A stretch of DNA of 64,000 nt from Trichosphaerium sp. ATCC 40318 (Eukaryota; Protista; Tubulinea). The stretch lies in contig JALMLS010000323.1 in NCBI GenBank assembly GCA_038496445.1, positions 88,233 to 152,232 of the forward strand, written 5' to 3'. Position numbers and translations under genes: made by a program. Shown piece by piece: positions 52,900-62,661 of the stretch (position 1 is its first letter; the number at the start of each line of letters is the position of its first letter). The notes beneath the pieces were generated by a model. That model saw only the letters and a program-made list of their open reading frames with translations. It did not search any database and was not told the DNA's origin.

Positions 52900-55800
52900 C
52901 TAAATTCTTACAATTTCGAAAAAGTTCAAGTTAATACCAAGTTTCGTGAACACAATTTGGAAATCAAAGGTACCAGCTGGTACAAAACCCAATTCTCTTT
53001 CAACAGTTATCCATGATTGATAACCTGGACCTGTTCTTGAGAATACAACTCTTCTTCTTCTTCCTCTGAGGAATGTATCAAATCCTAGACTTCCTCCTTT
53101 AAATCCTGATACACGTGCTCTTAATAAGTACTGTCCAGGCTCAGCAAAAGTGATATTGTATGTAACAAACTCGTTACGTTGTATCCACCCGATGAAACAC
53201 CCTGAATTTGGGTATTCTGGGTCTATCGCAGGTGCCATATCAATACTATTTCCTCCGGCACAGCTTAAGGTGTTGTCACATGTAGGTCTACCTAAATCAA
53301 GCATGGTGAGATCTTGACATAGAATGTAGTCTTCTGCTGCAATAAGTCCTGGTTCCATTGGTGCTGGGGCTTCTGTTGTTGGAGGCAACGTTGTTGGAGG
53401 TAAAGTAGTAGGCGGTAATGTTGTTGGAGGTAAAGTCGTTGGCAGTGGTATATAGTCAATTGCAGCAATGTTAGCCAAATCCCAATCTGCAAGGAAAGGT
53501 CCTACAGTGAATGTAGCAATATCAATTTCAAACAACTGCTCTGGATCATTAAAATCTCTGTAGTCACATAGCATAATTAACGTGGCATCATTTACTGATG
53601 TTATTGCTGAACAAAAAAATGAGTAACTTTTAAGTTGTTTTGTTTACTTACATCTTGGTTGACAATCACCAGTATCAAGGATCGCTACTTGAGCGCATGT
53701 GTCAAAATTGACTTTAAAGATACCATTAGAATCAGTGAGGTATATGAAACCACCAACAATTTCGACTACATGCAATTAGTAAGAGATAGATTCGTTCAAA
53801 GGAAAAAAATAAGAAAACGCACAGTCAAAAGTATATTTAGGCAATAGGCATTTTTGAGCTAGTGAGCATTCATTTAAGTCAATCGCCATTAGCCTTTCCT
53901 GAAGCAAACCACCGTATAATTGTCCAGTGCTGTCATCAATACCAAAACCATATATTTCGTGAGGTACTTGACAACGTTTGTCCTTAACACAAAGAGTTAA
54001 GGAAGATTTGGGTCACAGAAATCCAAAAACAAAAATTGCAAGTCGTAGTTAACGTACCACTTGGCAGGTAACTGGATCAATCGTAAAAATCTCAACAGTC
54101 TGTTCGCCAAAAGCCTTAATAGTAACCAGCCTGTCTTCAAGAGGAGAATACACTAACGGACCAACAAATACTGATTCAAACTGTCGGCATGCTTAATAAC
54201 AAAGTTAGTACAGGGTCAAAAGTTGGTGCCGTACAGGTAAGTTCATTCGTAAGGTCGTTCCTATTGTATATTTCATAACTAGTGCCGCCTGAATTTAAAA
54301 TAAAATCGCGGTTTGCTGGTCTTGATCCAGCAGGATTAGGTGCCAAAGTAGTAGGAGCTAATGTTGGAGGCAATGGTGTAGGGTTGTAATTCATAGATGC
54401 TACAGATCCAGAGGCAGGCAGAGCTGTGCTGAAAACTCCCACTTCAGAAAAACTTGGAATATCAAACTCTACATAGCCGCCCGTTGTGCATGCTATAATT
54501 AGCGTATCACTAGAAATGGCCGTCATTCCTAAAGCACGTGTTAGAGAAAAAGTTTGGATGTTGTTTCCATGTTGTTACCTGTAGGTCTGCAACTATTAAC
54601 TCGTTATTCGTAACAAAAAAAAAAATTACGCGTAACAAATTTTAATAAAAACCCCTGTTGACCATGACAACATTAATACCGCTACATTTGTTACCTATTC
54701 CAATAGTTTAAAAGTCGCTTCACGCAAAATAAAACGCAAACCGTTACACAATCATGAAATCGCGTAAACGCTGTGCTGCTACGCGTCAATTACTGCTTGA
54801 AGGTGTCAGCCGGACGCAGGAGCAGGTGATAGCCTAAAATCGCTAAAATATCGCGCACTCAGACATAAAACAATTTAAAAGCCAACAGGAAGAGACAAAT
54901 GCAAACGACAGAGCAGATTGAAAGCTAAACAAAGTTATTGATGAAGGTTGGCGAGTTTTGACACATGCGCAAATTTTCCTTCCCCGAAATTGAGCATGTC
55001 TCTAAACCCAGTAGCAAAACTGGGAGTTCCAATACAATGCAAAGACAGTGTTTGAGTGGTTGGTAATAAGTCAGAGTTAATTGATAGACTTTTAAAGGCA
55101 CGTGATCCTACTTTTGAATTCAGCTTTAATATCCATATTAAGCTAGTTTTTGGGGCTGTTCAGCTGTGATACATTCATTTTATACAACTCACTTTGATGT
55201 TGTTGATCATGCTAATCAAACTAAATGGAGTACTTCAATGCCTGGGCAGTGTATAGAGCAAAACTATCGAATGATTACGGGAATTATGAAAATGACAATG
55301 ACATCCCTGTAGCCATCACAGATTACAATATAGTATCCAAGTGTCCTGACCATGATCAAATACATCTTGTACTTGCAAAGGCCTTGTGCTATGGTGACGT
55401 TTTATAATTCTGAATAAATTGTATTTTTTTTTGTTGGACACTCAAAAAACAATCCGAAAAATGCTATCACCAATAGGTACCTTTAAAAAAGATGGTGTTA
55501 GTTGAAGGAGATGCTGTATTTCAGACGATCAAATGATCAATATTGACTAAGTGCACAATATTAGCATAAAAATGAATAGTTACAAACACACAAAAGATAC
55601 AAAAAACCATTTTCTGAACCTGTTTGTAGCTAACTGTAACAAACCTTTTAAACCTAGAACTCATATATAAGCAATATAAAGACGCTAGAAAGTGAAATTA
55701 CTAAAAAATTTATTCAAGAGTCTGTGTAGTACATGCGACAACTTTGCAAAAATAAAAAAAACAATCTCAACAATTTTTGAGGTGTCTGTCAATTCTGTCA

Positions 55801-57120
55801 TTACACTAAAAAACTTCAAGTTTAATGAGGTTTGTTTAATACCATTCTATTTTATGTGTTGTATATATAAACAACAATGCTTGGACAAAAGATGGAATAT
55901 TATTGCAAACTTTGTAACAAATACCGAAAAAACCCACTAAAATTGGAATCAGTCAGCTGACTTTGCTGGCTTGTTCACAAATTCCATGATCGCATCAAAG
56001 TATATCCTGCACTTGTAAGCATGATTAAAACGTATATGGCGTTTCTCAAAAAAAAATAAAACAAGGACACTGAGTCACTTGACCAGGAAAAATTTGTTAC
56101 GCGTAACTTTTTTTTTTGTTACGCGTAATGAGATTAAGAGGTGCTGTTCTTGTAGCATTACAGTCTCCGTTTTGAAAGTTTGCAAGCTCGACTACGGTGT
56201 GCTTAAAACCATCGAAATTAAAGAATGTGTAGTAAGCAATGCCATTTACAATCTCAACTAGGGTTCAATTAGCACAATCCAAATAGAATTATACGGATAA
56301 AACAACTATTAACAAAGGAACGAAAAAAAAAAAAGACTGGGGCGCGAGCACTGTAAAACTAAAGTGTCCACTCAAAGGAAGGGGGATGTTCCGAAAAAGT
56401 CTCCGAAAATTGTTTTTTCCGCATTTCTCAAAATTCTTGATTTCAAATACAGTATTCTCGAAATACAGGTATTTCCCAAATTTCGGAACATCTTCCCTCC
56501 TTTGTTTCTATTGACGTACAAGATTCTTCTACACGGCCTTGAACGCGACAGTATAATGAATCTGTACAAGCAACTTCATCATGTGTATAAATTCCTGACG
56601 ATAAAGCAAAATATGTTTGTCCGTTATCTGTTGCTAAAGAGCCAGTTCGAGTATTTCTGCTGCAGAAAGATTCCTAGGTGGAGTATTTAGATTAACAAGG
56701 CAATCAAGTCAAAAAGTCTGTTGCCAGCGGCGTACAATCTCACAAGTGTATGGATCAATAACAAATATATTCTGCCGTAAAAAATCGGGGCTATTGTACT
56801 CTACTTTGTTCGTAATTGGATCGTACACCATTCCGTTTGTTTCATAGTGTAGAACAGGGTCTGTACAAGCTAAATACAACCGTTAGAGCGTACTACAGTA
56901 GTTGGAAAAACGGAGAAATATACTGAGGTTAGTGGTGCGCAATATGATGCGTACTTTGTACTACAGTAGTTAGGTCGCTAAGCAGACGAATTTCAAAGCC
57001 AGGAGCGTTGTTTGTTGTATCGACTGTGCCTACAATCAATGCATTGTTTGTTTGTGCATTGATATAGATAGCAGCTATCGTAAGTAGAACGATTAAATAC
57101 TTCGTAGCAGGTGCACTCAT
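52900..57120 (-). CDS. Secreted protein: two related beta-rich domains, P/T linkers and a C-terminal CBM6-like module; interrupted by a piggyBac-like element
   Basis: Signal peptide; paralogous motifs (VYDP...IFVIDPYTC / VYSP...IFTIDPVTC); (PTTLP)n; I.AEDY...IGWI...E...YNI...G.Y....RV...TG.YQSW.T...INLNF. Confidence 0.7.
54600..56133 (+). mobile_element. Decayed piggyBac-like DNA transposon, TTAA TSD
   Basis: TTAA at 54596-54599 and 56134-56137; ~44-bp imperfect TIRs containing GTTACGCGTAAC; transposase-like remnants VIDE (54934), FYTTHFDVVDHANQ (~55178), NAWAVY (~55237); removal restores the host reading frame. Confidence 0.88.
56373..56504. mobile_element. MITE-like element in an intron
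   Basis: 24-bp terminal inverted repeat with 21/24 match (CAAAGGAAGGGGGATGTTCCGAAA); no clear TSD. Confidence 0.55.
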
Positions 57121-57286
57121 TGTGGTGTTTTTGAATAAAGTCCTTTTACGGAACAATTCTTGATGTACCGATTAGGCTTTGATCCAAGCATATTTAGGTC
57201 CATAGGCAGAAAGTGTAGAGTGAACATTAAGAAAGAAAGAAAGAAGCCAGTATAACGGAGGCAGCGGACAAATTAAAAAAAGCAAT

Positions 57287-58383
57287 ATGGGTTTTCTCAG
57301 CAAGTGAGTAACCGCAGATACCGCGTACATTGGAAATTTAGTTTAAGGAGAGAATGCGCTTGACGGTTATGTCATTCCTTCTTTTGGTTATTCGCAATGC
57401 AAGGAGAGAAGAAAGCAACCGACGATGGTCCGCTGAGTTCGGCGCGGTACGTGATCGACTACCGGCGTCTTTCGTTAATAAAGTTAGGGATCAGATGATA
57501 CGAGCGATACTAAAACCCCACAACCCAAAAAACGACGATTTCGAAAGGAGAGAAAGGTTTGTTGTTTTTATATCAAAAACCGCTAATTGGTGTTTTAGAG
57601 CAAGTAGGACCTTCGTTTAGCGAGTTATTGAGACCTGTAACTAAAAAACCAGAAGTAAAAAATACAGCAGCTGACTGGGCAAGGCTTCGTGGTGATCCTA
57701 ACGCGTCTCTTGTACGTATATTCAATGTTAAAAGAAAAATAATTGCTGTTTCAGAATGTCAAAAGATTCAGTAGGTCTGGTGTTAGTGAACGTGATGCTG
57801 AAGCGTGGACAAAAACTCCAGGACAAAAAGAAACAACGTCTATTAGAGATGCACAGAAAATGGTTGCAGAACGTATAGCTAGAGAGAAGAGAGAGCGTGA
57901 AGAAGCTGAAATTAAACAGTACAATGTACGAGCTTACAGAAATGTCATTTTTTTTTGAATTTTGTTTTATCCCGTGCAACGAACATATACGTTAACGTTA
58001 GTAGTTCTATTGTATATTCAATGTAGTAATAATTGTATTGATAACAAAATTAGTCAAAACGAAAAAAAAGTGACACTTTGACACTTGAGATTCAATTTCG
58101 TGGATTTTTTTTTTTTTTTGTCAATACATTATTGTGTAATACAGACCATTTGAATTCCTTTCTATTCCTCTCTTCCTCACAAAAATATGTTATGCTTTAT
58201 TATTAGTGATAAAAACATTATTTTCATTCGAACTGTAAAGTTCTGTGAGGTGGAAAAAAAATCTCAATGATTTTTTGAAATTGACTGCCTGTTGGATTTT
58301 TTTCTCATATCTTAATTAGGCGTCAACGTGCAATGCAAGAGGCAGGGTTTTTGCAATCTTCATTTTCTACTGGAGGATCATAA
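57287..58383 (+). pseudogene. GPALPP1-like duplicate, pseudogene
   Basis: Paralogue of 26909-28658 with a +1 indel after the ATG, further small indels, loss of the HKPKAREGWML exon and of the K/S-rich exon; last exon out of phase. Confidence 0.85.
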
Positions 58384-58577
58384 AAATAGACCTAGTCGGC
58401 CTGTAATATAATAACTCTATTGCTTCTGTATCTGCTAAATTACGCCATAAGAGTGAATGTGAGTTTAAAATGCTTCAAATTTATGGTTGTTAAACCGAGA
58501 TTAAGTGTATCAACTGTGAACTTTCTGAATTGTTTTTCCCAATGCACTTGCGTTGTTTTGTGACATAGTCAAAAAAA

Positions 58578-58664
58578 TGCAGAGAGTGGGACTCGAACCC
58601 ACACGTGATTTTCATCACATTGTGTCTTGAACACAACCTCATTAACCAATTCGAGCACCTCTGC
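58578..58664 (-). tRNA. tRNA-Leu(CAA), copy 4
   Basis: Reverse complement matches 2486-2572. Confidence 0.93.
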
Positions 58665-58672
58665 AACGTATG

Positions 58673-58743
58673 TGGGACAACCAGGAATCGAACCTGAACT
58701 GCAGCACCTTCAATGCCATGTGCTTCCATTACACCATTGTCCC
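58673..58743 (-). tRNA. tRNA with GAA anticodon (Phe), copy 4
   Basis: Matches copy 3. Confidence 0.8.
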
Positions 58744-59130
58744 ATTTGTTTATATCTACTATTCAAAGAGATTGCACCGGATCAAAAAGTCATGTTCCTT
58801 GACCTAGATTTTTCTACACGTTTCAAAAAGTCATGACATAATCTTGATAGAAAAACGCCTGCCGTTCTTACTCAATTTGCTTAGTAGCTGAAGAGGCTGC
58901 GTCGAGAGCATTTTATTTTTATACAAAAGGAAAGACGTATTATCCAAGTATTTACAAGGAAAAATAAATGCAAGTGTACACTACGGTGTTTACTTTTTTT
59001 CGGGTACTGGACTGTTTGTGGTGACTTTTTGCCGGAGGACTAGTATGGAAAATACGTCGGGTCAGTGCACATTCCACTTAATAAAATACAAAAAGTTCCG
59101 ATAAACTAATTTGGCATCACAGAATACGTA

Positions 59131-59904
59131 ATGAAGCTGCTCCTCATACTCGCTCTTTTCGCAACATTTTTGACTTATTCGTTATGTCACGTGGTAGTAA
59201 AAAGATTCTTCAACGACAATCAATGTAAAGACGCCTTACCTGGCTTCAACGAGCTTAGCAGTGACTGTTTCAATGGTGTCAGGTGGGTTTGCTTTGGTGT
59301 GCGTTTCTCCTCATTACAACTTGAAACAAGCGCTAAACAGCCTATATAGCCTTTCTTCTTACGCTTCACGTTCGACGCTAGTGATTGTACTGGTAAACCA
59401 GTAGTTCGCAAGTTCTTAAAGTGGGATTGCTTTCGAGACGATTCGTCACCGGCTTCGCTTCCGCCGAGTTACATCAAGCTTTCTTGTACTAGCGGTACGT
59501 AATGTTTTTAAAGGTCTTCTTACGAAGTTCCGGTTTGCTTATTCTTTGGTTTCAAGGCTTCACACCAATCCCAACTGATGGAACTATGAATACCGTAGAG
59601 TTATGGAACGGTCCTGGGTGCCAGGGAGCACCTTTTGCAACGTTCCCAACACCTTCGCTTACATGCGCAGGGCTGCCTGGTAAAAAGGAACAATCTGGAT
59701 GCGATAGTTCGAAGGTATTGTGTCTGTTTGCCTACTTGTCTCTTTGATATTTTTACTTATCCACAACTTTAGTTTGTACTTGCTAGATACGCTCCAGGTG
59801 ATACAACATGTTCTGCTACACCAATAAGTCAGATTGTAGAACCTCAAACAGGAGCATGTGTGGATCTTGACACTGGAGTCTCTATTAAGAATACTTGTAC
59901 TTAG
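59131..59904 (+). CDS. Small secreted Cys-rich protein
   Basis: Signal peptide MKLLLILALFATFLTYSLC; repeated F/Y...C.G motifs across spliced exons. Confidence 0.7.
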
Positions 59905-60223
59905 TGAATATTCACTTTCACTATTAAAATGTGACTTGTTTTGATCCTGTCTTGTCGTACAACATCTCAATACTAGCCATTGTAATTTCGCAGTATCCTA
60001 TACCAAAGTGCACTTGATTTTAGTCTTTAACATATCACGTGTCTTAAACGACAAGTAATAGTATAGTTAGAACAACCAACAATTAATATGAAAATTGTCT
60101 TTTGGCCTTGCAAATACTTTGGTCTCCAAAAATAACGGCTAGTGTCTAATTTATGATACGTCTCCACAAAGCTAGCTGCGTAAAGTGTTAAAGTTGCAAG
60201 CAAGTAAAGAATTTAGCAGTTTC

Positions 60224-60460
60224 AAAAAAAGACACTTGGGACTCACACAGCCGTACAGGCCTACCAGGAGTCCCTGCAGACTCTAAGTCCTGCGGCACAC
60301 CTTTACCAGACAACTGGTGGTTAGCGAAGCCAGTGTGCAGGACACCATGCCCGAGCGGCGTTAAATGTTCATATCGTTAGGCCCGAACCCCCTGGCGTGG
60401 GTACCCTTCTGGGACCATATGGTACCAATATTGAACCGTGTACGCTCAGCATACCTCCTT
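60224..60460 (-). ncRNA. Unidentified structured Pol III ncRNA (~235 nt)
   Basis: GC-rich island with multiple long stems; upstream TATAAAA and TCCCATAA; T7 terminator. Confidence 0.8.
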
Positions 60461-60483
60461 AGTAATATAATAGGCGATTGTCC

Positions 60484-60523
60484 TTTTATACACCTACAAA
60501 CATCCAAAAAATAAATTATGGGA
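60484..60523 (-). promoter_or_regulatory. Type-3 Pol III promoter: DUSE-like TCCCATAA (60523-60516) + TATAAAA (60490-60484)
   Basis: Matches the Dictyostelium upstream sequence element consensus WCCCAYAA at about -63, plus TATA at about -30, as for U6. Confidence 0.78.
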
Positions 60524-61045
60524 TCACTTCACTGAAATATTCAGTGTACTACTCAAAATATGGATAATGCACATTTCAAAACGCTCACAGACCCTTGTAG
60601 TTGCTAGTTTCATGCCTGAGATCAGTATCAGCGATGTCTTTCTTTCTCAAAACGTGCTTGTAAGCGATTGTTTCCTATTTTATACTAAACGAAGAGACAA
60701 CGTGAAATCTCGATGATTTTCATTTGCGTTACTTGTAAAATTACTGCTTCCACACTTTGATTGGAGGTACCGTTATGTACTCTACGCCTTAAAATAACAT
60801 CTGTCGTGGTTTACAGACTTGTAAGTCGCTTGTCGTACTTCTTAGAATCACTATGTTCTTAAGTAGCTCTGCTCACATGGCGACCTTGGAGTATTAGCAC
60901 AGCCCAAGGCTAGGAGGCTCTTTTAAACCTATGAACTCTTTTCATTGCCAGCAACTGGCGAAAAATCTGTGTTGGTTTTTCTTGCTGACGTTTCAGGCAC
61001 TTAATGCACTTGCACAATCACCAAATGCAACATTGTTAAACGAAA

Positions 61046-61131
61046 ATACATTGCTTTTTTTTTATCATTGTAAATACGCCGTTTTTACAGTACGGTTTGA
61101 TGTTATACAAGTCATTTTAAAAGTAATGTAT
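61046..61131 (-). promoter_or_regulatory. Eukaryotic SECIS element (type II)
   Basis: Helix I ATACATTACTTTT/AAAAGCAATGTAT (12/13); ATGAC...TGAT core; helix II TTGTA/TACAA; AAA 13 nt after ATGA; apical CCGT/ACGG ministem; ~55 nt after the stop codon. Confidence 0.88.
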
Positions 61132-61186
61132 CATATTAAATCTTATTTTGGTGGGTGTGGGTTACCTCCACTTTTCTTTTTTCCGT

Positions 61187-62462
61187 TTACTGGTATTTGT
61201 CTTTCAAAAAAGCTTCAAGCTCTTCAGGGTTATACCTAATCACACACAATTAAGATTGCATTTATAAGCTGTTTACTTACCCATAAGGACCTACACCAGT
61301 TTGAAAAACAATTTTTCCATCATCAACAACATACAAGCGCTGTAAAATGTAGTCAGAGATTGTTAAGTTCATAAGAAAAAAAAATGCTTTAAGCGAACCT
61401 CTGGTCTTGCTTCCCATGCAATATCCGTCTCGTTTTCAATACAATCAATAACAATCTCGTCTTTAATACTCATCTCAGAAATCATATTCTTAAGAAGATA
61501 ATGAGTAGACGAAAAATGACTAAAAAATAAACTGTACCTTTGTTATTGCCATACGTGCTTCTAGAGTTTTAGGTTGAACATAGCATACTCCATCCGATTC
61601 ATTAGAATCTAGTGACCATTCATCAGATGAATGTGCCTCCACTATATACACAACAAGGTAATCAACCTTATAGCCGAGTCAGTAAATGTTTCGAAAATGG
61701 TTTACAAAAAGTTATTATTTGGTAGACCTGGTACACAAATCTTACAACGTCATTAACCGCTCCTGAAAAACGCTGTGTCCACACACTTTTTAAGTTGACC
61801 AAAGAAGAAAACACAGCCATTTCAAGGACACTGTTTGAAAAAAAAAAAAAATGAGATTTGATGCAATGTTTTACAAAACAAGTTATATCAGTTTCTTAAG
61901 TATAGGCGTACCTTGTTTTTGTAAGATGCAGCAATTTTAGAAATATGCTGCAAGTGAAGGCGAAATGGTGGTCTGAAAAAATAAGAATTCTGTGAGTGAC
62001 AACTTTGGTTTAAAGTAAAGTCGGAAAATAAATAAAAAGGAGTTTGTCAAAACAGTACCAGGTGTAGCTTCCAAAGTTGATCAATATGGGTCTATTACGC
62101 GTAATCACTGACAGAAAGTCCATTTCTTTACCGTTTAAATCAAAAACTACGCCGTTAAAAAAAGTCAGCTCAGTCGCTCTACAAAAACGGTACCTCTTCC
62201 TCCTGGTGCTTGATCACCTACTTTAACTGTAGGATTATGTAGATTTTTCATGTATGTAGTTTTTAAAGCACTTCCACGCTTTTCAAGCATTTCTATCATA
62301 TTTTGCTTCTTTATGTGCTCCTTTAGGTATATTAGAGCTAACGGTTTACAACACAAACCGAACCTTTACTTGTTCGACTGTCATGCTATTTAAACGCTTT
62401 TGTAGGCCCCCACGCCATCTCTTACTTGCCGCAGCACACTTAGGCGGAACGCTTGCCGCCAT
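61187..62462 (-). CDS. Iodothyronine deiodinase-like selenoprotein
   Basis: Spliced: KVGDQAP, RPILINFGSYT-U-PPF, YLVVYIVEAHSSDEW, IVIDCIEN...ARPERLYVV..GKIVF..G.GPYGY.PEEL. Confidence 0.9.
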
Positions 62463-62661
62463 AGTTTTCCCTGTTTGTTAGTTTAAGTGACTTTAAATGA
62501 CTAGAACTTTAACCCTTTCCGGAATTCGTCCGCTTTACGCTCGGAAAGAGTTCTACCGGTCTACGCGGCGGCTGTAGAAACTAGTCATGCTTGAAAGGGA
62601 TGTTGTACATTTTATTTTCGCGAGGAATAAAAATTCGTCAAAAAAGGAAGGTGAAATAATT

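Larger units (their letters stand above)
51841..58810. repeat. Segmental duplication, copy B (inverted, circularly permuted, flanked by direct-repeat tRNA cassettes)
   Basis: Minus-strand order: tRNA cassette - GPALPP1-like - CBM6-like gene - GH exon 1 | ricin 3' part - tRNA cassette. Confidence 0.88.

Noticed and set aside
53380-53450. 15-bp tandem repeat element
   Set aside because: Encodes the (PTTLP)n linker with synonymous variation
51841-58810. Assembly artefact or haplotype duplication
   Set aside because: Copies differ by many substitutions, indels, reciprocal deletions and a TE insertion, and the order is permuted
60224-60460. Telomerase RNA, U3, U6, SRP or RNase P/MRP identity
   Set aside because: Only 6-nt CCTAAC/CTAACC matches (too short for a TTAGGG template); no ACAGAGA, C/D boxes, SRP helix 8 or CR-I/CR-V motifs found by eye
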